A stretch of 64,000 nucleotides of DNA. Origin: an uncultured Gammaproteobacteria bacterium. Lineage in GTDB: Bacteria; Patescibacteriota; Microgenomatia; UBA8517. The notes below the pieces were generated by a model. It ran no database searches, was not told the origin of the DNA, and saw nothing but the letters and a program-made list of their open reading frames with translations. Made by a program: the position numbers and the translations under genes. Shown here piece by piece: positions 9,135 through 17,060 of the stretch. Location of the stretch: the NCBI GenBank assembly GCA_964427735.1, contig CAYRUS010000001.1:602201-666200 (forward strand), read 5' to 3'. Each line of letters opens with the position of its first letter. Position 1 is the stretch's first letter.

Positions 9135-9323
9135 TTAAACGCCATATGGACCTGATCCATAGCCTGTTTTTTGTTTCTTATTTTTATTGATTAAATTTGG
9201 ATCAGAAATTGTATTTAATAAACCTGCAATTCCAGATAAGGCTAAAACAAGTAACCCAATATGAAGAATAAATTCTTTACGGGTCATTTTTTTATTTAGT
9301 AGCTTGCTAAATTGGACAGGCAT
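9135..9323 (-). CDS. Small Tat-signal-like membrane peptide ending GYGSGPYGV
   Basis: MTRKEFIL resembles S/T-R-R-x-F-L-K, followed by a hydrophobic helix; directly downstream of tatC. Confidence 0.75.
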   Translation of the reverse strand: MPVQFSKLLNKKMTRKEFILHIGLLVLALSGIAGLLNTISDPNLINKNKKQKTGYGSGPYGV

Positions 9324-9387
9324 ATTAAGTAATCCTAGGTTAAACTATTTTTACTACTTGGTCAACCAATTTTGAACTGAAACATTT

Positions 9388-10119
9388 TTAATTTTTGTTT
9401 TTTGTCCAAATAAAAATTACTGTAATTTGATAAAGAAAGATGATGGGGATTGCCATAATTAACTGATTAAACATATCTGGAGTAGGTGTCAGTATTGCAG
9501 CGGCAATAAAGCTGCCAAGGATTACGTGTTTTTCATATTTTAATAATGATTTAGGTGATATTTTGTAGAATTTGTTTAAAATTAGCATTATTAGTGGGAG
9601 CTGAAAAATAATTCCAAAGCCAACAAGATGCCTTGTAACAAAAGAAAAATATTCAGTAGTAGAAATTAGAGAACGAATTTCATTTGTAGAAAACGTGCTC
9701 AAGAAGTGAAGTGTTGCAGGTAGACTTATGTAGTAAGCAAATAATACACCAAAAATCAAAAACACTCCAGAAAAAAGTAGGGATAGATAGACTACACTTG
9801 ATTGGTTGTAAGGGAGTGCCGGTGAGGCAAATCGGACAACGTGGTAAATAAGAATTGGTAATGATATTAAAAAGCCAAAGAAGATAGAGATTTTTAAAAT
9901 AAAGTCAAAACCTCCTGCAGGAGAAGCATAAAATACAGGTTGGTTAAGTGGTTCAATTAAAATTAATAAGATTTTTTTGTGAAGTAAATATCCAAGCACA
10001 CTTCCTACAAGTAGGCAACTAAAGTATTGAATCATCCTTAAGCGAAGTTCTAGAAGGTGGTCTTTAAATGTTTGCTTATTTGGAGGATTTTTTACTTGAT
10101 TTGGAATTGTTGTCGACAT
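9388..10119 (-). CDS. tatC: Twin-arginine translocase subunit TatC
   Basis: TF.DHL.ELR.R, F.SPAL, FQLP and AILTPTPD..Q...AIP...LY motifs; 6 TM segments. Confidence 0.93.
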   Translation of the reverse strand: MSTTIPNQVKNPPNKQTFKDHLLELRLRMIQYFSCLLVGSVLGYLLHKKILLILIEPLNQPVFYASPAGGFDFILKISIFFGFLISLPILIYHVVRFASPALPYNQSSVVYLSLLFSGVFLIFGVLFAYYISLPATLHFLSTFSTNEIRSLISTTEYFSFVTRHLVGFGIIFQLPLIMLILNKFYKISPKSLLKYEKHVILGSFIAAAILTPTPDMFNQLIMAIPIIFLYQITVIFIWTKNKN

Positions 10120-10255
10120 CACCGGATAATCCTTTTCTTAGTTCTCTTATTGATTCTCCAATACTCCTGGAAAGTTCGGGTATTTTCTTTCCTCCAAACA
10201 AAACAAGGACTATCAATAAAATAATAATTAGTTCTTGGAATCCGATGCCGAACAT
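10076..10255 (-). CDS. tatA: Twin-arginine translocase TatA/TatE (59 aa, absent from ORF track)
   Basis: Hand translation [59 protein letters not shown]; FG hinge plus amphipathic helix; overlaps tatC start. Confidence 0.95.
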   Translation of the reverse strand: MFGIGFQELIIILLIVLVLFGGKKIPELSRSIGESIRELRKGLSGDVDNNSKSSKKSSK

Positions 10256-10292
10256 TGTTTTTACTTTCTATCTTGTTACACTTAATTTAAAC

Positions 10293-11504
10293 ATGAAGTA
10301 TTTATTAAAGCAAGGATTTACAATTTTAGTTTTACTATTAATACTTGTTGTGCTTCCTGTATACGTGTTTGCCGCTCCGTATGGTGAAGGTAGCTATGGC
10401 GGGGGAGTTTATAATGAGGGAGTTTCAGAAGCAACAGCAACACCCACACCGACAATTACCCCTACAGCTACACCTACTGTGACTCCAACACCTACACTGA
10501 CTCCAACTCCAACAATAGCTCCTACTCCAACAGTCACACCAACTGTGGCACCAACTTCTACCCCAACACCAACTCCCACTCAAACAGCTACTCCTGTAGT
10601 TACTGCAACTCCAACCCAGACGCCAGCTTTAGATAACGACATACCAGAATTTTCATCTGCTACAACGCCTGGTTGTGGAGATGCAGAGCCAGGATCAAAT
10701 CCTCCTTGGTTATATGGTGCCATAGCTCAAGATTCAACCAGTGTTTTACTTTATTTCACTCCTGCCGATGGATTTGTTGACAAGTACATATTGGAATACG
10801 GAGAAAAAGAGGGAGAGTACAGGCATGGTGTGGGTGATTTAGGAGTGAATTCTGATAGCCAAATGACTTTTTTGGTAGAGCAGCTTTCACCAAATACTAC
10901 TTATTATTTTAGGGTTCGAGCTGGAAATGGTTGTACTGTAGGTCCTTGGTCTAATGTAATATCAGAAAAGACATTTTCTGCCTTGAACCTTGTAAATCAA
11001 TTTACCAATCAAAGTTTGAAAACTGATATTACAGAAGCAGAAATCGAAAAAGATGCTTTTTCTGTGCCAACTCCATCACTATCACCATCACCATCACCAT
11101 CACCAACCCCTTCAATAACTATAATACCTGATACAGGACAAAAAACTTTAGTGGATGTAAGTATTAAAGTGGAGGATGAAAACAAAAACGCAGTACAAGG
11201 TGCAGTTGTAACACTTTATTCAACACCAAGACAAGAGATCACTGATGTAAATGGTATTGCACATTTTAATAGTGTGGAATCAGGTGAGCATCGTGTAGTT
11301 ATAGAATATAGAAACAAGAAAGCTGAACAGACAATATTTGTACCTTCTGATGGGGATGAAATAAGCTTTTCGATTGAAGTTAAACCAGCGAATCCAACTT
11401 ATAATAGATGGGCGATTGCGGGAATTGGTGTACTTGCGGTTTTAGCTATATTTTTAATTGTTCGATTGATTGTAGTAGCAAAACAAAACAAACTTCAAAA
11501 TTAG
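10293..11504 (+). CDS. Membrane-anchored surface protein: Sec signal, [11 protein letters not shown] motif, Thr/Pro stalk, FN3 domain, carboxypeptidase-regulatory-like domain, C-terminal TM
   Basis: Start re-called at MKYLLK (the track's longer N-terminus is antisense to tatA); V-F-A|A cleavage site; [17 protein letters not shown]3 motif; TD.NG.A.F..V..G.H motif; TM plus basic tail. Confidence 0.85.
   Translation: MKYLLKQGFTILVLLLILVVLPVYVFAAPYGEGSYGGGVYNEGVSEATATPTPTITPTATPTVTPTPTLTPTPTIAPTPTVTPTVAPTSTPTPTPTQTATPVVTATPTQTPALDNDIPEFSSATTPGCGDAEPGSNPPWLYGAIAQDSTSVLLYFTPADGFVDKYILEYGEKEGEYRHGVGDLGVNSDSQMTFLVEQLSPNTTYYFRVRAGNGCTVGPWSNVISEKTFSALNLVNQFTNQSLKTDITEAEIEKDAFSVPTPSLSPSPSPSPTPSITIIPDTGQKTLVDVSIKVEDENKNAVQGAVVTLYSTPRQEITDVNGIAHFNSVESGEHRVVIEYRNKKAEQTIFVPSDGDEISFSIEVKPANPTYNRWAIAGIGVLAVLAIFLIVRLIVVAKQNKLQN
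10432..10625 (+). repeat. Thr-Pro low-complexity linker coding repeat
   Basis: (TP)n/PTPT degenerate codon repeats. Confidence 0.7.
11073..11102 (+). repeat. (CCATCA)5 hexamer microsatellite encoding a Pro-Ser linker
   Basis: ccatca ctatca ccatca ccatca ccatca. Confidence 0.75.
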
Positions 11505-11562
11505 CAAAAACTCCCAATTTTACCGCTACAAAAATAGTGCTATTATAAATTTAATTATTTTA

Positions 11563-12882
11563 ATGCTAAAGCTCACGCTAATTTTAACAAGCTTGTTTTT
11601 TGCTAGTTTTTACTTTCCTAGTATTGTATCCGCACAAACAGATCCATCATTTTCTTGTTTATCTCAATCAGGTCCTCTACAAACGGTGTCTGGATTTTTT
11701 AATAGTGGTAAGTTTGAACCTGATGTTGCTGCAAACAAGAAGTTTGATGCAAGAAATGCTAGTTTTGAATATCCAGAAACAATTTCTCATGCAATGGTCT
11801 CTTTAAGAGGTAGCAGTAGTGCAGTTAATATGTGCTGGGCAGGTGGATATTTTACATCCTCGTTGACTTGGCACGATTTAGATATTTCTTGGGAAGAAAG
11901 TAAACAAGGTTATGATGATGATGGTAGTGACAGAGGAGAAATGAATAATACTTCTTCTGCAACTGCCTATCATGACAAAATGACCTGGACAGGAATGCAC
12001 GTTTACAATATGCATGATGCAATTCGGACAAATAATACAGAAAACAATTGGACGATTCAGCATTCTTGGTTTGAATATGCACGTGATGATTGTATAGAAA
12101 ACGATTCTAATTATTCGGGTACTATTTACGATGTTTTATTTGACGGCTGTTATACCGGTTTAAGTAATCAGAGTGGAGATGGTGTGGGAGAATTGATTAC
12201 TATGGATAAAGTACTAATTAGAATGGAGCCCATGCCTTACCCGTATAAGTGGGACAGTAAAGATGATCCGGTTGTTTATGTTCCAGGATACACAATTCCA
12301 GGCACAAATGATCCTATTCCTTTTGGACATGGAAATGTTTTTAAAGGAGATGAAGAAAATTTTCCTGATTTTGAAATAACTAATTCTGTTTTTTTGCATG
12401 AATATGACTCCGAGGAAACTATTTGGCCACCAAAAGATAAGGTAAAGAAGTGCTCCAATAACACTATAATCTGGCTCGATGGTCCGTCAACTGCACCTAA
12501 TTATTTATTAAATGATTTTCCCGGTTGTTTTACTATAATTACAGACTCTACTCAAGGGAAGGCATTTTGGAAATCAAAGGTAGCAGATTGGCATGCAAGA
12601 CACCCTCAGGTCGGAGCAAATCGAAAACCATCTATACCAGGAGACTATAAATGGCCTAGGTTTGGGGCAGGCGTACCTACTTCAACTCCAACAGCAACAC
12701 CAAAACCAGTAATCCCCGGCGATGCTAATGGAGATTCAAAGGTGGATGGACTTGATTATGTGATTTGGTTAATTAATTACAATACAAATACATCTGCTGG
12801 TTCCAGTAAAGGCGATTTTGATAAAAACGGAAGAGTGGATGGACTTGATTATGTGATTTGGTTAAATAGCTACACAGGATAG
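11563..12882 (+). CDS. Secreted protein, putative pectin-lyase-like beta-helix with C-terminal dockerin-like domain
   Basis: Signal peptide; DAIR..., RDDCIEND and LFDGCY beta-helix-like strands; PT linker; two GD.N.DG.VDGLDYVIWL..Y repeats. Confidence 0.75.
   Translation: MLKLTLILTSLFFASFYFPSIVSAQTDPSFSCLSQSGPLQTVSGFFNSGKFEPDVAANKKFDARNASFEYPETISHAMVSLRGSSSAVNMCWAGGYFTSSLTWHDLDISWEESKQGYDDDGSDRGEMNNTSSATAYHDKMTWTGMHVYNMHDAIRTNNTENNWTIQHSWFEYARDDCIENDSNYSGTIYDVLFDGCYTGLSNQSGDGVGELITMDKVLIRMEPMPYPYKWDSKDDPVVYVPGYTIPGTNDPIPFGHGNVFKGDEENFPDFEITNSVFLHEYDSEETIWPPKDKVKKCSNNTIIWLDGPSTAPNYLLNDFPGCFTIITDSTQGKAFWKSKVADWHARHPQVGANRKPSIPGDYKWPRFGAGVPTSTPTATPKPVIPGDANGDSKVDGLDYVIWLINYNTNTSAGSSKGDFDKNGRVDGLDYVIWLNSYTG
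12742..12865 (+). repeat. 31-bp exact direct repeat in the dockerin (12742-12772 and 12835-12865)
   Basis: gtggatggacttgattatgtgatttggttaa occurs twice, period 93 bp. Confidence 0.9.
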
Positions 12883-12940
12883 TTTTTCTTCTTAATGTCA
12901 GTTTATTGCAGGTCTTTTTAGAGGTAAGTATACTAACAAT

Positions 12941-14266
12941 ATGGTCAAGTTTAGCCACTTTTATCTGGGGATTTTGGTAATAGTATTGTTAATTATTAGC
13001 TTTTCTTCTTACAATCTTTGGAGAACCTCAAAGCACATTATAAATCAACAAACCTCTAGTGAATTAGTAGGTTGGGGATTAAATGAGTTTGGGCAAATTG
13101 CTGTATCTAATGAACCAACAAATTTCTTGTCAAAGCCAACAGCTGTACTTTTTGATAAACCAGTTGAAAAATTTGCCCTAGGGTATGAGCATACATTGGC
13201 ACTAACACGAGATGGTGAACTGTGGACATGGGGTAACAATCGCTATGGGCAGTTGGGAATTGGTAATACTAGTATATATCAGGCAAAACCTGTAAAAGTT
13301 GAAGGTATTGGTGAGGTAAAAGATATTGCTGCCAAACTAAATCACTCTGTGGCATTGGATAGCAAAGGTCAAGTTTGGACTTGGGGTTTAAATTATAGCG
13401 GACAGCTTGGAGATGGAACAAACCAAGATAAATCACATCCTGTTTTAGTTGAAGGTTTAAATGATGTAAAGAAAGTTGTGGCTGGCTATAGATTTTCTCT
13501 TGCGATAAAAGAAGATGGTACAGTATGGGCATGGGGAGCCTCGTGTAGTTCAGAGGATATTTCAGAAATGCAGTCAGTGATTGAGGAGGTCGGAGGTTCA
13601 TTTAGTAGTTTGGGAGGATATTTTAATCCTTATACGAGTGATTTTCTGGATAGAGAACTAATAAGTGATTGTGCAAATGAAGAATCTGTTGCTATACAAA
13701 GTAAGATCCCAAAACAATTGGAGGGATTTGATGATATTGTAGATGCAGATGCAGGTTTTGGTCATATAATTGCTCTTGATTCAGAAGGAAGAGTTTGGAC
13801 TAGAGGATGCAATACTTACGGGCAACTAGGGTTGGGTATGATTGGAAATCCTGGATCAAGAGTTCCACAATATATAGAAATATTGCCCAAAGTTAAACAA
13901 ATATCAGCTGGATTTCGTCATAGTGTGGTAGTAGATAAAGATGGGAATGTTTGGACTTGGGGATATTTACCGACGAAAGAACTAGAAGAAGAGCATTTAA
14001 CTGAAGAATTAGCTAGTGAGTTTTCCAAACCAAACCCTCAAAAAGTGAATAATATTTCCGACGTATTAGAAATTTCAGCAGGTCATGACTTAACAATAGC
14101 TCTTGATAAGAACAAAAAACTCTACGGATGGGGAATTAATGTCCATCCTGCGCTGCTTGGTGAAGGTGTTCCTGTCGTTGCAGAGCCTTTTGTTGTGTCA
14201 AGTGATTTTGGATGGCAAAAAATATATTTAGGAGGTTCGCATATATTAGCAACAAATGATTTATAA
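12941..14266 (+). CDS. Membrane-anchored RCC1-repeat beta-propeller protein
   Basis: About 7 repeats of H..AL..DG.VW.WG.N.YGQLG; N-terminal TM. Confidence 0.9.
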   Translation: MVKFSHFYLGILVIVLLIISFSSYNLWRTSKHIINQQTSSELVGWGLNEFGQIAVSNEPTNFLSKPTAVLFDKPVEKFALGYEHTLALTRDGELWTWGNNRYGQLGIGNTSIYQAKPVKVEGIGEVKDIAAKLNHSVALDSKGQVWTWGLNYSGQLGDGTNQDKSHPVLVEGLNDVKKVVAGYRFSLAIKEDGTVWAWGASCSSEDISEMQSVIEEVGGSFSSLGGYFNPYTSDFLDRELISDCANEESVAIQSKIPKQLEGFDDIVDADAGFGHIIALDSEGRVWTRGCNTYGQLGLGMIGNPGSRVPQYIEILPKVKQISAGFRHSVVVDKDGNVWTWGYLPTKELEEEHLTEELASEFSKPNPQKVNNISDVLEISAGHDLTIALDKNKKLYGWGINVHPALLGEGVPVVAEPFVVSSDFGWQKIYLGGSHILATNDL

Positions 14267-15454
14267 ATGATAAAAAAACCTGCTTTTCTTACTAGAAATA
14301 TTTCTATTCTCTCTGCAGTTAGTTTTGCAACAGATATTGCAAGCGAGATGCTCTATCCGATTGTGCCGTTGTTTTTAAGTCAACTAGGTCTTGGGGTTGT
14401 AGCAATTGGGTTAATAGAAGGTGCTGCGGATGCAGTAGCGGGTTTGTCTAAGGCACTTTTTGGATATTGGTCAGATGTTGTTGGAAAAAGAAAAAGGTTT
14501 GTTCAGGCTGGCTATGGATTATCAGCTGTCGCCAAGCCTATGATGGGTTTTTTCCCATCTTTTTTTGTGCTTTTTTCAGCCAGATTTGCAGATAGACTAG
14601 GTAAAGGAATTCGTACTGCTGCAAGAGATGCAATATTGGTTGAAGAATCTGTGTCAAAAGACAGAGGAAAAGTTTTTGGATTCCATCGTTCTATGGATAC
14701 ACTAGGTGCGACGCTTGGACCTATCGTTGCTTTAGTGTTTTTAGTTTATTATCCAGGAGAATATGGTTCTTTATTTCGACTAACTTTGATACCAGGCATT
14801 GTTGCTCTTTCATTAACCTTTTTAATTAAGCAAAAAAAATTAAAAACTCCAAAAAAGCAAGATATTGTAAATCCGTTTAAAGGCTTTAAGGATTATTGGG
14901 GGAAGAGCCCATTGTCTTATAAAAGGCTATTAATAGGGCTTTTTTTGTTTGCATTAATTAACAGTACAGATATGTTTCTTCTTTTAAGAGCAAAGGAATT
15001 GTTTGGAAGTGATATCTTAATGGTTGCTTCATATATTGTTTTTAATTTAGTTGGTACGTTTGCAGCGTACCTAGTAGGTTCTTTGGCAGATAGATTTGGA
15101 TTTCATCCAGTTTATATTGTTGGTCTTTTAATTTTTGCAGGTGTATATAGTTTGATGGGGATGGGAGTTTCAACTCAATTTGGGTTAATAATTCTTTTTA
15201 GTCTTTATGGAGTTTTTACTGCTATTCAAGAGAGTTTACCTAATGCTTGGTTGTCTTTGTCTGTTCCTTCAGAATACAAGGCTACTGGGCTAGGACTGTA
15301 TATGACACTAAGATCTCTTGCTTTTCTTGTTGGAACGATACTTACTGGATATTTGTGGAGTCTTTATGGTGCATATATTATTTTTAATTTGGTTGCTGTA
15401 TTGACTGCGTTTGTCGTTGGCTATTTTGTTTTTATAAAGGTTGATAAAATTTAG
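14267..15454 (+). CDS. MFS transporter
   Basis: D.ASEM.YP..PLF, G.WSD..GKRK and RF.DR.GKGIRT..RDA; about 12 TM segments. Confidence 0.9.
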   Translation: MIKKPAFLTRNISILSAVSFATDIASEMLYPIVPLFLSQLGLGVVAIGLIEGAADAVAGLSKALFGYWSDVVGKRKRFVQAGYGLSAVAKPMMGFFPSFFVLFSARFADRLGKGIRTAARDAILVEESVSKDRGKVFGFHRSMDTLGATLGPIVALVFLVYYPGEYGSLFRLTLIPGIVALSLTFLIKQKKLKTPKKQDIVNPFKGFKDYWGKSPLSYKRLLIGLFLFALINSTDMFLLLRAKELFGSDILMVASYIVFNLVGTFAAYLVGSLADRFGFHPVYIVGLLIFAGVYSLMGMGVSTQFGLIILFSLYGVFTAIQESLPNAWLSLSVPSEYKATGLGLYMTLRSLAFLVGTILTGYLWSLYGAYIIFNLVAVLTAFVVGYFVFIKVDKI

Positions 15455-15619
15455 GTGACAGGAATAACTTTTGCTATTTTAGGCAAAGAAAGAAAAATTT
15501 TTTAGCAAACGTGATTTTCTGACATAGTTGCAATGACGGTATCAAATAATGGGTGTATTCTTGTAGAAAAATACGTAGCAAGCATTTAATACTCAAAAGT
15601 ATCAAATTTTGGGGAAATA

Positions 15620-15795
15620 TGTTACAATACCTCTTGTAATGCAGATGTAATCAATAAATCTGCTTAGATTAGAATTTATTTTGAGCTGGTAAGATAAAGA
15701 TACCCCCAAATCTTACACATATTTAACACGTATCTTTTCTCCAAAATCATCATTAGTTTCCTACTTAAGCAGTTTTGTTGTTTTCATTTAAAAAA
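15620..15795 (+). promoter_or_regulatory. Extended -10 (TGTTACAAT) and putative structured 5' leader of the DEAD-box helicase
   Basis: Complementary segments 15641-46/15658-63, 15689-95/15710-16, 15696-703/15730-37, 15678-83/15742-47 and 15660-66/15766-72. Confidence 0.5.
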
Positions 15796-16980
15796 ATGTA
15801 TAAAAGACGAAATAATAATAGACCTAGAAGACCAAATTACCGCAATTACGGCAGATCTTCACGTTCTCGCCACAGTGCACCTACATACAATCCAATGATG
15901 TTTGTCAGAAAAGCTTCGCCAGAGGAGGTTGTATCCCCGTATGAGGCAAATAATAGATTTTCAGACTTTAAAATTAGCCAAGAACTTAAACTAAATATCT
16001 CTAAAAAAGGATATAAAACTCCTACTCCAATACAGGATCAGGTAATACCGCTTTTGTTAGAGGGCAAAGATGTTGTCGGTGTTGCTGCAACTGGCACGGG
16101 TAAAACAGCGGCTTTTTTAATTCCTCTTGCTAATAAAGTTATCAAAAACAGGCATGAAAAAGTACTTATTATTACACCTACTCGAGAGCTTGCTATGCAA
16201 GTTGAAAAAGAACTTAATGACTTTATAAAAGGCTTACATATCGCATCAGCTCTTTGTATAGGAGGTGTTAGTATTGCGAGGCAAATAGGCGAGTTAAGGG
16301 ATAATCCAAGTTTTGTTGTAGGGACACCAGGTAGACTTTTGGATTTAGAAAAGCAAAGAAAGCTCAATTTTGCTAGTTTTGGAAATATTGTTTTAGATGA
16401 GGTAGATCGAATGCTAGACATGGGTTTTGTTAGAGATATTTCCTACATAATTGCTAGACTAACTACTGCAAGGCAGTCGTTATTTTTTTCTGCCACACTA
16501 CCTTCTAATGTAAAAAGTATGATACCTAAATTTTTAGACGATCCAGTAACAGTAACTATTCAAAACCAAATGCCGTCTGCCAATGTGGATCAAGATATTG
16601 TGAGATTAAAAGGTAGAGAAAAAGTTGAAGTTCTTGATGAGCTTTTGAAAAATGAAGAGTTTGAAAAAGTACTTGTGTTTGGTAGAACCAAAAGAGGAAT
16701 AGAAAAGTTGGGTAGAATGCTTAATAAGCGTGGTGTCAATGTTACAACCATTCATGGGAATAAGTCACAAAACCAAAGGAAGCGTGCTCTGGAGGATTTT
16801 AGAAGAAACAAGGTGCAAGTCCTTTTGGCTACAGACGTTGCCTCTCGAGGGCTTGATATCGACAATATCACACATGTTATTAATTATGATTTACCGCAGA
16901 CCTACGAAGATTATATTCATAGAATAGGAAGAACGGGAAGAGCCAACAAAAAAGGTTTTGCCTTGACTTTTGTGGAGTAG
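15796..16980 (+). CDS. DEAD/DEAH-box RNA helicase
   Basis: Q motif PTPIQ, ATGTGKT, PTRELA, TPGRL, DEVD, SAT, RGLD and HRIGRTGR; R/N-rich N-terminal tail. Confidence 0.95.
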   Translation: MYKRRNNNRPRRPNYRNYGRSSRSRHSAPTYNPMMFVRKASPEEVVSPYEANNRFSDFKISQELKLNISKKGYKTPTPIQDQVIPLLLEGKDVVGVAATGTGKTAAFLIPLANKVIKNRHEKVLIITPTRELAMQVEKELNDFIKGLHIASALCIGGVSIARQIGELRDNPSFVVGTPGRLLDLEKQRKLNFASFGNIVLDEVDRMLDMGFVRDISYIIARLTTARQSLFFSATLPSNVKSMIPKFLDDPVTVTIQNQMPSANVDQDIVRLKGREKVEVLDELLKNEEFEKVLVFGRTKRGIEKLGRMLNKRGVNVTTIHGNKSQNQRKRALEDFRRNKVQVLLATDVASRGLDIDNITHVINYDLPQTYEDYIHRIGRTGRANKKGFALTFVE

Positions 16981-17060
16981 TGGCAATCATTCTTAAAATT
17001 ACTTAATTCTCCAATTTATACTATTGATCTGTTGTGTATAATTACAAAAGTTAATTATTT

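Noticed and set aside
10068-10292. N-terminal 75 aa of track ORF 10068-11504
   Set aside because: It is antisense to tatA/tatC; the signal peptide and -10 box point to ATG 10293
12742-12865. 31-bp direct repeat as a CRISPR array
   Set aside because: Only two copies, in frame, encoding dockerin repeats; no cas genes
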